Made by a program: the position numbers and the translations under genes. The notes beneath the pieces are model-generated. The model was not told the origin of the DNA. It ran no database searches and saw only the letters and a list, made by a program, of their open reading frames with translations. Shown here piece after piece: positions 9,211 to 19,187 of a stretch of DNA of 64,000 nucleotides (its first letter is position 1; the number at the start of each line of letters is the position of its first letter). Source of the DNA: Dehalococcoidia bacterium (GTDB lineage Bacteria; Chloroflexota; Dehalococcoidia; Lucifugimonadales; UBA3495); assembly GCA_965116785.1 (NCBI GenBank), contig OZ220731.1, positions 3,619,922 through 3,683,921 of the forward strand, written 5' to 3'.

Positions 9211-9257
9211 TCCCAATGGTTCAAGCGTCCGCGCGAGCACGGTTTGACCACGGCAAC

Positions 9258-11750
9258 CTACACCACCCCCGCCAACTCCGCCTCCCGCTCGCCTTCCGCC
9301 CCGGCGCTGCCCGGAACCCGCAGCGCCAGCCCGTCCCCAGCCTCGTTCACGTCGGCGATGATGTGGTCCCCCTCCTTGAACTCGCCCGACAGCACGCCCC
9401 GCGATAGCTGGTTCTCGAGGTGCCGCTGGATGGCGCGGCGCAGCGGACGCGCCCCGTAGGTCACGTTGAACCCCTCGTTCACCAGCCAGTCGCAGCCGGC
9501 CTCCTTCAGCTCGCAGGTGATGTCCCGCTCCGCCAGCCGCTTCTGAACCTCGCCCACCATCAGCCCGACGATCTCGCCGATCTGCGCCCGGCTGAGCGGG
9601 TGGAACACGATGGTCTCATCGATGCGGTTCAGCAGCTCCGGCCGGAACGCCCGCTGCAATGCGTCCCGCACCGAGCGCGCCAGCTCCGGCGTCACCTTCC
9701 CGGCCTCCTGCTCGCGGTCGGCGGTGGGGCCAAGCCCGAAGGGCCGCTGCGACAGGTCCCCCGTGCCCAGGTTGCTGGTCATGATGATCACCGTGTTCCG
9801 GAAGTCCACCGTGCGTCCCTGCCCGTCGGTCAGACGCCCGTCCTCCAGGATCTGCAGCAGCAGGTTGAACACGTCCGGGTGCGCCTTCTCGATCTCGTCG
9901 AACAGGATGACCCGGTGGGGTCGCCGCCGCACCGCCTCGGTGAGCTGGCCGGCGTCGTCGTACCCCACGTAGCCGGGAGGCGCGCCGATCAGGCGCGACA
10001 CCGTGTGCCGCTCGCCGTACTCCGACATGTCGAGGCGCACCATGCTGTCCTCGTCGTTGAACAGGAACTCCGCCAGCGCCCGGCTCAGCTCCGTCTTGCC
10101 CACGCCCGTGGGACCCAGGAAGATGAAACTGCCGAAGGGCCGCTTGGGGTCGTTGAGACCCGACCGCGCCCGGCGGATGGTGTCCGCCACCGCGCTGATG
10201 GCCTCGTCCTGCCCGATGACCCGCCGGTGCAGGTGCTCCTCCATGTGCAGCAGCCGCTCCGCCTCGCCCTCCATCAACTGGCCCACCGGGATGCCCGTCC
10301 AGTTGGATACCAGCTCGGCGATGTCCTTCTCATTGACCACCAGGTCAGGCCCCGTGGTGTGCTCGATGGCCTCGTGCTCGGCGCTCAGCTCGCTCTCCAG
10401 GCGCAGCCGCTCCGTGCGGTGCTGTGCCGCCCGCTCGTAGTCGGACATCTGGTTGGCCCGCTCCTCCAGGTCGGTCAGCTCCCGCCGCCGGTTCTCCATC
10501 TCCTGCAATTTGGGCGGCAGCATCCCGGCGTCGATGCGCACCTTGCTGCCCGCCTCGTCGATGAAGTCGATGGCCTTGTCCGGCAGCTTGCGGTCGGTGA
10601 TGTACCGGTCGCTCAGCCGAACCGCCGCCTCGATGGCCCCGTCGGTCAGCGTAACCTTGTGGTGGGCCTCGTAGCGGGGCTTGAGCGCGTGCAGGATTTC
10701 CAGCGCCTGCTCCGGCGTCGGCTCCTCCACGTACACCGGCTGGAACCGCCGCGCCAGCGCCGGGTCCCGCTCGATGTGCTTGCGGTACTCGTCCAGCGTC
10801 GTCGAGCCGATGGCCTGCAGCTCGCCTCGGGCCAGCGCCGGCTTGAGCATGTTGCTGGCATCCAGCCCGCCCTCGCCGGCGCCGGCGCCCACCAGTGTGT
10901 GCATCTCGTCCAGGAAGACGATCACTTCGCCGTTGGACGACGTCACCTCGTCGATCACCGACTTGAGCCGTTCCTCGAACTCGCCGCGGAACTTGGCGCC
11001 GGCTACCAGCCGGCCCATGTCCAGCGCCATCACCCGCTTGTTGTGCAGGGAGTCGGGCACGTCGTCGCAGATGATCTTGCTGGCCAGACCCTCGGCGATG
11101 GCCGTCTTGCCCACGCCGGCCTCGCCGATGAGTACCGGGTTGTTTTTGGTGCGGCGGGTCAGCGTCTGCATGACCTGGCGGATCTCCTGCTCGCGACCGA
11201 CCACCGGGTCCAGCTTGCCGATGCGGGCCAGCTCGGTCAGGTCCACGCTGTACTTTTCCAGTGAGCGGTACTTCTGCTCCGCGTCCTGGTCCTCCACCCG
11301 GTGCGAGCCGCGCAGCTTCTGCATGGCCTGGTACACCATCTCCTGGTTGACGCCCAGCTCCCGGAACAGCCGCGCCGAGTCGCCGGCGTCCTCCCGGGCG
11401 GCGGCCACCAGCAGGTGCTCCACGCTGATGAACTGGTCCTTCAGCCGCTGCGCCTCCTCGTCGGCCAGCTGCAGCATCCGCTGCAACCGGGGCGTGATGA
11501 AGATCTGCTGCGTGCCCGACACCACCTTCGGCGCCGAGTCCAGCGTCTGGTGCAGCCGGCTCTTCACCAGCTCGGCGTCAACGCCCAGCTCCCGGAAGAT
11601 GCGCTCCGGCAGCCCATCCTCCAGCGCCACCAGGGCCAGCAGCACGTGCTCCACGTCCCACTGGCTGTGCTGGTAGTTGCGCACCAGCTCCTGGGAGCGT
11701 TGCAACGCCTCCTGCGCCTGTCTCGTGAACTTGTCCGCGGTCATCACCAT
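9258..11750 (-). CDS. clpB: ATP-dependent chaperone ClpB
   Basis: 830-aa ORF with a Clp N-domain, two AAA+ modules ([15 protein letters not shown] and [15 protein letters not shown]), a long coiled-coil middle domain, and a C-terminal D2-small domain with [10 protein letters not shown]. Confidence 0.97.
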   Translation of the reverse strand: MVMTADKFTRQAQEALQRSQELVRNYQHSQWDVEHVLLALVALEDGLPERIFRELGVDAELVKSRLHQTLDSAPKVVSGTQQIFITPRLQRMLQLADEEAQRLKDQFISVEHLLVAAAREDAGDSARLFRELGVNQEMVYQAMQKLRGSHRVEDQDAEQKYRSLEKYSVDLTELARIGKLDPVVGREQEIRQVMQTLTRRTKNNPVLIGEAGVGKTAIAEGLASKIICDDVPDSLHNKRVMALDMGRLVAGAKFRGEFEERLKSVIDEVTSSNGEVIVFLDEMHTLVGAGAGEGGLDASNMLKPALARGELQAIGSTTLDEYRKHIERDPALARRFQPVYVEEPTPEQALEILHALKPRYEAHHKVTLTDGAIEAAVRLSDRYITDRKLPDKAIDFIDEAGSKVRIDAGMLPPKLQEMENRRRELTDLEERANQMSDYERAAQHRTERLRLESELSAEHEAIEHTTGPDLVVNEKDIAELVSNWTGIPVGQLMEGEAERLLHMEEHLHRRVIGQDEAISAVADTIRRARSGLNDPKRPFGSFIFLGPTGVGKTELSRALAEFLFNDEDSMVRLDMSEYGERHTVSRLIGAPPGYVGYDDAGQLTEAVRRRPHRVILFDEIEKAHPDVFNLLLQILEDGRLTDGQGRTVDFRNTVIIMTSNLGTGDLSQRPFGLGPTADREQEAGKVTPELARSVRDALQRAFRPELLNRIDETIVFHPLSRAQIGEIVGLMVGEVQKRLAERDITCELKEAGCDWLVNEGFNVTYGARPLRRAIQRHLENQLSRGVLSGEFKEGDHIIADVNEAGDGLALRVPGSAGAEGEREAELAGVV

Positions 11751-11819
11751 ATCGGTTACCTCCTGGTTGAGTTATTCCTGCGGGTTGAATTATTGCGTGA
11801 ACTGTCGCCGCCGGACGTA

Positions 11820-12137
11820 TTACTGGCGGCGCAGTCGGTCCACCTCGTTGGTCAGGGCTTCCACCTGGCTTTCCAGCTCATTGATTCGGTCCAGCAATCT
11901 GAGGGCCACCTCGGCGCCGGCAAGGTTCACGCCCATTTCGTCGACGAACCTCTTTATCCGCCGCAGCCGGTCCACGTCGGCCATGGAGTACAGCCGCTGC
12001 CGCCCGCCGGATCGCGAGGGCATCACCAGGCCCACGCGCTCGTAGTAGCGCAGGGTCTGCGCGTGCAGCCCCACCATGCGCGCGGCCACGCTGATGACGA
12101 AGCAGGGTTCGGTCGCGAAGTTGTGGTCCGGCGTCAT
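11820..12137 (-). CDS. hspR: MerR-family heat-shock repressor HspR
   Basis: The HTH ISVAARMVGLHAQTLRYYERVGLV followed by a coiled coil, in the dnaJ-hspR-clpB gene order, is classic HspR. Start moved to MTPDHNF (ATG 12135-12137), preceded by GGAGGAAG. Confidence 0.85.
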   Translation of the reverse strand: MTPDHNFATEPCFVISVAARMVGLHAQTLRYYERVGLVMPSRSGGRQRLYSMADVDRLRRIKRFVDEMGVNLAGAEVALRLLDRINELESQVEALTNEVDRLRRQ

Positions 12138-12171
12138 CTCGCTTCCTCCTTCATCATAACCATCATTGACC

Positions 12172-12198
12172 GTCATTCCGGCGAAAGCCGGAATCCAG
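12172..12198. repeat. REP-like hairpin element, family C
   Basis: gtcattccggcgaaagccggaatccag (stem ccggc/gccgg) sits in the dnaJ-hspR intergenic spacer. A reverse-complement copy lies at 42237-42262. Confidence 0.7.
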
Positions 12199-12201
12199 AA
12201 C

Positions 12202-13113
12202 TCAACCCCGCGTCTCGCCTTCCGCGTCGCGCAGTTGCTCGAAGATCTGGCGCTGCTCGTCGGTGAGATTGGTCGGCAGGGTCACGTTCACCACCGTGTA
12301 CAGGTTCCCCCGGCTCTCCGGATCGTTCAGCCGGGCCATGCCCTGGCCGGCCAGCCGGAACCGGCGCCCGTTCTGCGTCTCCGGCGGCAGCGTCAGCTCG
12401 ATCTGCCCCCGCAGCGTCTGCACCGTCGCCGTCCCGCCTAGCACCGCGTCCAACAAAGGCACATCGACAGTGGTGTTGAGGTCATCGCCATTCCGCTCGA
12501 ACCGCCCGTGGGGCTGCACGGTCACCAGCAGGTTGAACTCGCCGCCGGCGTTGCCGCCCGCCGCCCTGTTGCCCGCGGAAATATGCACCCGGCCCCCGTC
12601 GGCGATGCCGGCCGGAATCTTCACCTCGAGCCGGCGCCCGTTGGGCAGGCTCACCAACCGGTTTGTCCCGTGGTCGGCCTCCTCCAGCGTTATCTCCACC
12701 GGCACGTCGGCGGGCCGCGACCGGAACCGCTCGCCCATGCCGCCGCCCAATCCGCCCAGCAGGTCCGACAGAGTCGCCCCGCCGGTGGAAAACGAAAAGC
12801 CACCCGGGCCGCCCCCGAAGTTGCCCCCGCGGAAGAACTGTGAGAAATCCGCCCCGCCCCGTTGGTCGAACCCCTGCCGGTCAAAATGCTCCGCCTGTTC
12901 CCAGCGGTCGCCATATCGGTCGTACTTGGTGCGCTTGTCCGCGTCCGACAGCACCTCGTAGGCGGCGTTGATGGTCTTGAACCGCTCCGCCGCTTCCTCG
13001 TCGCCCGGGTTCACGTCCGGGTGATGCTGCCGCGCCAGACGGCGATACGCCTGCCGGATCTCCTTTTCCTCGGCGCTGCGTGGTACACCCAGTATGTCGT
13101 AGTAGTCAGCCAT
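12202..13113 (-). CDS. dnaJ: DnaJ-class co-chaperone lacking a zinc-finger domain (CbpA-like)
   Basis: J-domain [37 protein letters not shown], a G/F-rich linker and C-terminal substrate-binding domains. No CxxCxGxG repeats are visible. Start taken at MADYYD. Confidence 0.9.
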   Translation of the reverse strand: MADYYDILGVPRSAEEKEIRQAYRRLARQHHPDVNPGDEEAAERFKTINAAYEVLSDADKRTKYDRYGDRWEQAEHFDRQGFDQRGGADFSQFFRGGNFGGGPGGFSFSTGGATLSDLLGGLGGGMGERFRSRPADVPVEITLEEADHGTNRLVSLPNGRRLEVKIPAGIADGGRVHISAGNRAAGGNAGGEFNLLVTVQPHGRFERNGDDLNTTVDVPLLDAVLGGTATVQTLRGQIELTLPPETQNGRRFRLAGQGMARLNDPESRGNLYTVVNVTLPTNLTDEQRQIFEQLRDAEGETRG

Positions 13114-13149
13114 TGCGGCCCCTGCCTGCACTAAAATGGTCATATCCCC

Positions 13150-13178
13150 ATCATATCAAAGGATGCCTTAGTCTTCAA
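13150..13178 (-). promoter_or_regulatory. Candidate sigma-70-type promoter of the dnaJ-hspR-clpB operon
   Basis: The minus strand reads TTGAAG-17 nt-TATGAT (plus-strand cttcaa 13173-13178, atcata 13150-13155). The -35 overlaps the inverted repeat TCAAtaacTTGA. Confidence 0.4.
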
Positions 13179-13206
13179 TAACTTGATGCGGTTAACACAG
13201 AACAAC

Positions 13207-13235
13207 TTGACAATTGCCTATCAATTTTGTATAGT
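13207..13235 (+). promoter_or_regulatory. Candidate sigma-70-type promoter of hsp20 with overlapping inverted repeat
   Basis: TTGACA (13207-13212), exactly 17 nt, then TATAGT (13230-13235), 70 nt upstream of hsp20. The spacer holds TTGAcaattgcctaTCAA, which resembles the TTGA...TCAA core of HspR operators (HAIR). Confidence 0.55.
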
Positions 13236-13305
13236 GACATCACCGGCCCAGAGCGCGGCCAACTAGACCCTCGGCCACCGCGCCGATGACCCTGGAGGAA
13301 AGAAT

Positions 13306-13785
13306 ATGACGACCGTACAGCGATTTGACCCCTTCCGCGACATGCGCCACTTCAACCGCCTGTTCGCCAACCCGATGTGGGCTGCCCATCGTTGGGCCGA
13401 TCCCCGGAACGGTGGCGTTGAACCCGCGGGTGAAGCCTGGTCCATCCCCATGGACGTGAGCCGCAACGACCAGCAGCTCACCGTGACCGCGTCCCTCCCC
13501 GGTTTCGTGGCCGGTGACGTGGACGTGTCCATCAGCCCCGACCGCGTGCTTTCCGTCAAGGCCGCCCGCCAGGCGGTGGTCGACCACGAGGGCGAAGAGT
13601 ACCTGCTGCGCGAGCGCCGCTTCGGCAGCTTCTCCCGCGCCATCCGTCTCCCCAGCGACCTCAACCTGGACGACCCCTCCGTCGCCCTGGAGCACGGCGT
13701 CCTCACCGTGAAGGTCCCCGTCGCCGAGGCCGCCCAGACCCGCCGCCTGGAGATCTCCGGCCCGTCCGGAGCCGACGCCTGCTAA
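13306..13785 (+). CDS. Hsp20/alpha-crystallin small heat-shock protein
   Basis: 159-aa ORF. The alpha-crystallin domain reads LPGFVAGDVDVSI...RERRFGSFSRAIRLP...ALEHGVLTVKVP, and GGAGG lies upstream. Confidence 0.95.
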   Translation: MTTVQRFDPFRDMRHFNRLFANPMWAAHRWADPRNGGVEPAGEAWSIPMDVSRNDQQLTVTASLPGFVAGDVDVSISPDRVLSVKAARQAVVDHEGEEYLLRERRFGSFSRAIRLPSDLNLDDPSVALEHGVLTVKVPVAEAAQTRRLEISGPSGADAC

Positions 13786-13812
13786 ACGCTAGTGAGATCC
13801 CGCGGGTGATGG

Positions 13813-13850
13813 ATTGGAGGTGTGGGCGATGCCCCGCCTCCAATTTTCTT
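13813..13850 (+). terminator. Rho-independent terminator after hsp20
   Basis: attggagg ... cctccaat with inner gggc/gccc pairing is followed by tttctt, 28 nt after the stop. Confidence 0.6.
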
Positions 13851-14041
13851 GCGCCCGCGTTCGGCTGGTCCGCAAACATCCAGTCATATCCCGTCCATCC
13901 TGCGCATCCATGTGAAATTCCCGGTTGCCCGCCAACCGCGTACGCGTGAGCGAGGCACGATGTTGCGCCGTTTCTCGCCCTGCGTCATAATCCGCCGCAC
14001 TTGTCGTGCGCTTTATGTCGACAAGAATGGAGGGAAATCTT

Positions 14042-14995
14042 ATGCCGCAAGCCGGTATTCCGTCGGAGCAGGAAGTGTTGGGCTGGTTTGACAGCCTGTC
14101 CAACTGGGGTAGATGGGGCGATGACGACGAGTTGGGCACGCCCAACCTGATTACTTCCGAGAAGACCCGCGAGGCTCTGGCCACCGTTCAGGAGGGTCTT
14201 TGTGTCTCGCTGTCACGAGACGTTACCTGGGACCCGGCCCCGGATGTGCCGGCCCCGCCGGTGCACTACATGATCGAGAGCGGCGAGGGCTGGGCCACCG
14301 GCGACAAGGTGTCCAACCGTCCTTCCGCCGTGGCCATGGACTACATCGGCATGATCTTCCACGGCGTCTCCGTTACCCACGTGGACAGCCTGGCCCACTT
14401 CTTCTGGAACGGCCAGACCTACAACGGCAAGCCGGCCCACATGGTGTCCACCAGCCTCGGCGCCACCGTGTGCTCGGTCGAAGCGGCGAAAAACGGCTTC
14501 ATCACCCGCGGCGTGCTGGTGGATGTGCCGTTCGTCCGCGGCATCGACTGGGTGGAGCGCGGCGAGGGCGTAATGCCCGACGACATCCTGGCCGCCGAGG
14601 AGCGTTGCGGCTTCCGCATCGAGCCTGGCGACGTGCTCCTGGTGCGCACCGGACAGCTCCACCGCCGCACGGTCGAGGGCCCCGTTTCCCGCGAGGCCGG
14701 TTCCACCGCCTGCCAAGCCGCCTGTCTCCCCCTGTTCAAGGAACGCGACATCGCCGTCCTCGGCTCGGACACCGGCAACGACGTCAGCCCGCCTCAGTAT
14801 CCGGGACAGCTCACCAACCCGGTGCACCAGGTTTCCATCACCGCCATGGGCCTGTGGATCCTGGACAACGCCAACCTTGAGGACGTCGCTGCAGCGTGCC
14901 GCGAACGCAACCGCTGGACCTTCATGGTCAGCATCAACCCGCTGCGCCTCCAGAACACCACCGGCTCTCCCGTCAATCCCATTGCGGTGTTCTAG
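14042..14995 (+). CDS. Cyclase-family protein (kynurenine formamidase-like fold)
   Basis: WGRWGDDDELGTPNLI, HVDSLAHFF, and a C-terminal LNPLRL...GSPVNPIAVF are typical of the putative cyclase family. ATG at 14042 follows GGAGGG. Confidence 0.8.
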   Translation: MPQAGIPSEQEVLGWFDSLSNWGRWGDDDELGTPNLITSEKTREALATVQEGLCVSLSRDVTWDPAPDVPAPPVHYMIESGEGWATGDKVSNRPSAVAMDYIGMIFHGVSVTHVDSLAHFFWNGQTYNGKPAHMVSTSLGATVCSVEAAKNGFITRGVLVDVPFVRGIDWVERGEGVMPDDILAAEERCGFRIEPGDVLLVRTGQLHRRTVEGPVSREAGSTACQAACLPLFKERDIAVLGSDTGNDVSPPQYPGQLTNPVHQVSITAMGLWILDNANLEDVAAACRERNRWTFMVSINPLRLQNTTGSPVNPIAVF

Positions 14996-15029
14996 CATGG
15001 CCTGTGCAAAGTCGCCTCGTATCCCTTTA

Positions 15030-15101
15030 CCGCTCATCCTGAGCTTGTCGAAGGATGCTCATTGCAATCGACGGATGGTTCGACAGGCTCACCATGAGCG
15101 G
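15030..15101. repeat. MITE-like inverted repeat built from two family-B arms
   Basis: ccgctcatcctgagcttgtcgaa ... ttcgacaggctcaccatgagcgg: about 23-bp imperfect arms around a 24-nt centre containing cattgcaatcg. The arms match 1708-1731 and 37853-37877. Confidence 0.7.
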
Positions 15102-15290
15102 ATGAAAAGGACTTTGCACAAGCCCTGGGTGTTCTAGCCGGCGGCGAACGCGGATGCAGGTTAGACCAGGTCGCAGCGGCAAAAATCCGCCCAAACGCCA
15201 GTCCGTTCCATTGACACCATCGCGGCACTAAGGTATTACTCAACTTGGGCTCACAATAGGGGCCCAGCAATCACCGGAGGTTATTATCCC

Positions 15291-15446
15291 ATGACAACTC
15301 AGGTACAGATCTACTGCGTCAAGTGCAAGGCGAAGACCGACTCGCGGGATGTGCAGGGCGTCACCATGAAGAACGGCCGACCGGCGACACAGGCGATTTG
15401 CACTGTCTGCGGCACCAAGAAATTCAGGATCGGCGCCACCCCGTAG
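15291..15446 (+). CDS. Small zinc-ribbon protein (DUF5679-like)
   Basis: ATG follows GGAGG (15276-15280). The 51-aa product is MTTQVQIYCVKCKAKTDSRDVQGVTMKNGRPATQAICTVCGTKKFRIGATP, with CxxC...CxxC and the MKNGRPA core I recall for DUF5679. Below the track cutoff. Confidence 0.6.
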   Translation: MTTQVQIYCVKCKAKTDSRDVQGVTMKNGRPATQAICTVCGTKKFRIGATP

Positions 15447-15570
15447 CCTGTCGCGGACATCCGTTCAATGCCATCCGCATTCTCAGCGTTGCTGAGGTCC
15501 CGGCCGGGCGTGAATTGTTGAGCATATAACTCGGCAACCAGGAGGCCGCACGGCCCCGCAGTAGTCACCG

Positions 15571-15603
15571 GAAGGGGCGCCGGCCATTGGCCGGCGCCCC
15601 TTC
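15571..15603. terminator. Bidirectional hairpin terminator between convergent genes
   Basis: gaaggggcgccggcc-att-ggccggcgccccttc forms a 15-bp perfect stem between the DUF5679 ORF and the oxidoreductase stop. Confidence 0.6.
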
Positions 15604-15623
15604 TCACATCCTGCCGAGCGGCA

Positions 15624-17048
15624 TCATTTCTTGCCGCTGCCCGCGAACCACCGTACCAACTTTCCAGTCAGCCCCGTCGTCAGGGCATCCAGGTAAGTAT
15701 CCCAGGCTACCTGTTGGTTCCCGGTCGCCAGCGACGGATACGCCTGCATCGTCCGGGCTACGTCTGCCATCTTGAGCCCGTTGTCGCCGGCCAGCGTCCA
15801 TGCCTGTAGTGTTTCGGCCGCCCGTTGGCCCACGACCGTAGCGCCCAGTGTCTCCCCATTGTTCCGCCGCACGACCTTGATGAACCCTTCCGTGGCGTCC
15901 TCGGTCACCGCACGGTCGACACGCGCCATCGGCAATATGAACGCCCGCACCTTGTCGCCAAACCGCTGCCGGCCTTGTTCTTCCGTGTAGCCTGAATGGG
16001 CCACCTCCGGGTCGGTGAACGTCGCCCAGGGCGGATGCTGCGGCCGTCCCCGAGAACGCCCGGGCAGCAGCATGTTCCGCACCGCCATCGCCCCCTGGAA
16101 ACCGGCGTAGTGCGTGAACTGGTACCCGCCCGCGCAGTCGCCGGCCGCGTAGATATGCTTCACGCTGGTACGCAGAAAATCGTCGACCGTTATCCCTCGC
16201 GGGCTGTGCTCGATCCCAGCCTTCTCCAGTCCCAGGCCGTCCACTCTGGCCCGTCGTCCCGCCGCCACCAGCAGCGCATCGCCTTTTATCGTCCCTCCGC
16301 CGGCGCTGACCAGTACACACGGCCCGTCGCCCCCGCGACCCACCGATTCCACCGGCGCTGACAGCCGCAAACAGATCCCATCCTGCCGCAGAGCGCGGGC
16401 TACGACCTGGCTCGCCTCCGGCTCGTCGTTGGGCAGTACTCTGTCCGCCGCTTCCACCAGCGTCACGCGCGAGCCCAGCCGCTGGCATGCCTGCGACAAC
16501 TCGCATCCTATCGGGCCGCCGCCGATGATCACCAGTCGCTCCGGCAGCGCGTCCAGGTTCCAGAACGTTTCGTAGGTCAGGCGCGGCGTGTCCTCCAGTC
16601 CGGGGATTGGCGGGGTGAACGGCGCCGCTCCCGTGCAGATCAGAAAGCGCCGCGCGGATACCTCGCACTCACCGACGGTCAAAGTGTGAGCGTCCCTGAA
16701 CTCGGCGCGCCCCTTCAGTACCTCGATCCCCTCCGACCGGAGCGCATCCGGTGACTCCTGGGCGTAAACTTCCTTCACTGCGCGCTTCACCCAACCCATC
16801 ACGACGCTGAAATCGACCTGGTGATCTTTGGCGGTGATCCCGTACCGGTTCGCGTTCCGGACGATGTGCGCGGCCTTCGCGGCGTGCAGCAGCGCTTTAC
16901 TCGGGACACACCCGGTCCAGGTGCAGTCGCCGCCAACCCGGTTCGCCTCGATCAGCGCCACGCGCTTCCCCAATCGGGCCGCGAACCGCGCGGCTGTCAG
17001 CCCGGCGGAACCGGCTCCAATCACGGCGATGTCATATTTGACGGGCAT
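15624..17048 (-). CDS. FAD-dependent pyridine nucleotide-disulfide oxidoreductase (lipoamide/mercuric reductase-like)
   Basis: N-terminal dinucleotide fold DIAVIGAGSAGLTAA, redox-active GGDCTWTGCVPSK, a second NAD fold VIIGGGPIGCE, and a dimerisation domain with HAYPS-like AYPSLATG. Confidence 0.9.
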   Translation of the reverse strand: MPVKYDIAVIGAGSAGLTAARFAARLGKRVALIEANRVGGDCTWTGCVPSKALLHAAKAAHIVRNANRYGITAKDHQVDFSVVMGWVKRAVKEVYAQESPDALRSEGIEVLKGRAEFRDAHTLTVGECEVSARRFLICTGAAPFTPPIPGLEDTPRLTYETFWNLDALPERLVIIGGGPIGCELSQACQRLGSRVTLVEAADRVLPNDEPEASQVVARALRQDGICLRLSAPVESVGRGGDGPCVLVSAGGGTIKGDALLVAAGRRARVDGLGLEKAGIEHSPRGITVDDFLRTSVKHIYAAGDCAGGYQFTHYAGFQGAMAVRNMLLPGRSRGRPQHPPWATFTDPEVAHSGYTEEQGRQRFGDKVRAFILPMARVDRAVTEDATEGFIKVVRRNNGETLGATVVGQRAAETLQAWTLAGDNGLKMADVARTMQAYPSLATGNQQVAWDTYLDALTTGLTGKLVRWFAGSGKK

Positions 17049-17271
17049 GTCTACTCCAACCTCCGGGGTATACCTACTATACGTCCCCGAATAGCGGTCA
17101 GATCAACGCGGCTGGAATAGTACGTAGGTTGCCGGGGCTCACCCGGTCCTGTGGTCGGTGGCTGTGAGGCTGTTTGCGGCCGCCTCGGCCCGTTCAATCA
17201 CACGCACCGGCTCCGACCGCAGAAACGTGGCGCGGGCATCGTAATCCGCGTCGTGTCGCTGGTTTCAGCCG

Positions 17272-17789
17272 TCACCTCGGCAACGTCTTCGCATAGGAGA
17301 CGGGGGGCGCGGCGGGTCTTTCCGGCAGTGCGTCCGAACCCTCAACCAGGGTGATGCTCACGGCAACGGTGTCGCCAGGCGTCCATTCCAGGTCGTCGGC
17401 CTTCCACCAATAACGCCCGCAGCGACGGTAGCCGGCTTCAGGCTGTCGGATGCGACGAACTCCTGGTCGCCGATTGCCAGTGTGAAGTCTTTCGGGAGTT
17501 CGCGACTGATGTTGAGGTACAGCCCTTCGTCGAGGGTCAGCATGGTCAACACCCGATATGAACGTTCGTCCAGCGTAAATGACTGGTCGGAGAGCGCTCC
17601 CATATCGTCCCCTCAGGTCGAGTGCCCGGTGATAGCGGGAACCTATGAGGTTCTCGAGCCTACGGTCAGCGTGGCCGACCAGGCGGCTTGTGGGTCTTCG
17701 GCACTCTGGGCAGACGCCAGACTCCCGGTGAATAAGGCAACGCCCAAGCACGCAAGCAAAGCGAGGCATGCAAACACGAGCAGGATCAT
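17272..17789 (-). pseudogene. Possible frameshifted gene for a secreted protein
   Basis: A signal-peptide-like start (MILLVFACLALLACLGVALFTGSLASAQS) continues with protein-like segments spread over three minus frames (17643-17927, 17358-17603, 17272-17973). Examples are DQSFTLDERSYRVLTMLTLDEGLYLNISRELPKDFTLAIGDQEF and YWWKADDLEWTPGDTVAVSITL. Confidence 0.3.
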
Positions 17790-18636
17790 GCGCCAGGTGA
17801 AACGCCTGGCCAGGGTGTGATGTACTTTTTCTATTGCGATGGCAGTTATAAGCATCCGCCGTCTCCAGATTGTTTGTATTGCCGCAAGCCGGTATGCCGG
17901 GGCAGTCGTCGGCGCGCTCCAAATCAATACGGCGCTTCAAATGACGACCACACCCGACGCCGATGCGTCCCATGATTTCAGTTATGCCCTCTCAGTCCTT
18001 TCCGACCTATGCGTCAGGACGTGCTTGGTGAGGCCGGCCGCGTGCGGCTGGCCATGAGAGGGTTTGAGCTCCACGACCCGCTTTATCGACGGTTGTGGGA
18101 GCACGGTTCGACGTTGTCGTCGTTGATGTCCAGTTATCGGGTTGCGTCGGTCGAGTGACGCTGTGTTCGTTTCCGACCGGCGCTCAATTGAGCTGACAAT
18201 GGTTCGCCATGACACCGCTCGCTGCCAACTCGAGGGCGGCGGGATTGTTCGTCGGGGCGACTATGCGAAGGGTCCAAACCCGATTCGAGCGTCCGCGCCG
18301 TCCCGCAGCGAGGGATGCCGGCGCCATCTCCGACGCCTGAGCGATTGTTATACGCCGCGCGATGCAGACTTCCGCGTCCGCCGGCCGGACAGACCGAGCC
18401 GGGTGTGACCCGCCGCCATCCGAACCGACCATGGGCTATGCGAGCGGCTGTTGGTTTGGGTCGTGGACTAGGTCCAGGGCGTGGGGCGTAGGTGGTAGGC
18501 GAGCATATCGGTTGCACTTCATGTATCTGCTTCCAAGTTTTGGCGTTCGAACCTGTGTATCCCAGTTTGGTATCGGCGCTTGTGTCTGATATCGCCATCA
18601 ACGCTAATGGGCAGGACGTGACAGGTCAATCGCAAT

Positions 18637-19187
18637 TCATGAAGAAATCGTGAATGTGTTGTGAGATTGCCGGTCCACGGTGTGAAGATGCCTCCGTGCG
18701 CCCACGCTCGCCGCGGAGTTATTGACGGCGATGGCCCTGGTCTCGCCGGTTGGACCTTTCCCAAGGCGACGCGGCAGCCATCGAACGTTGCCGAAGGCCG
18801 GTACCTGGCCCAACTCCCTCAACTCCCGCAGCAACACCGCGCAGTTTTCCAGACTCTCCCCCATGGGCCGGTCAATATGCTCGGCGTAGGCATGCAGCTT
18901 CGACCCTCGCCGAGGTCGCGCTTTGGGTCGTATCGCTTCCGGCGTCTTCAAATACCGCAGCGCCGTATTGCGCGCCAAACCCAATTCCCGAGCAATCGCC
19001 CGGGCCGAATGGCCGGCGCCTTTCATCTCATAGCTCTGTTTCACGTCTCCACCTCTTAGCAAGCTCTTCTGGGACCTCCGCCGAATGTCCGGCGATGATG
19101 CCCACGCTATCGATGATGCCCACGCTATCGAGGTGGCTCAATTCCAATCCGTAATTTTTGGCTCAGTCTAAACTCGTGAATGACACA
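18637..19187 (-). mobile_element. Remnant of an IS21-family element (left end plus truncated istA)
   Basis: The ORF starts with the IstA-type HTH GHSARAIARELGLARNTALRYLK...PRRGSKL...VLLRELRELG, then loses similarity. Upstream leader carries a perfect 2 x 18 bp direct repeat gatgatgcccacgctatc (19094-19129). A terminus reading TGTGTCATTCACG on the minus strand ends near 19187. Confidence 0.55.

Noticed and set aside
9420-11264. 614-aa plus-strand ORF antisense to clpB. Similar long antisense or alternative-frame ORFs include 3200-4447, 28678-29703, 43270-43896, 45051-46328 and 48798-50480.
   Set aside because: They overlap confidently identified genes on the other strand. Their Arg/Ala/Gly/Pro/His-rich, low-complexity composition is typical of spurious frames in high-GC DNA, and they carry no recognisable motifs.
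13144-13305. CIRCE (HrcA) operator in the heat-shock intergenic region
   Set aside because: TTAGCACTC-N9-GAGTGCTAA is absent. The inverted repeats present have a TTGA/TCAA core, which fits the adjacent hspR better.
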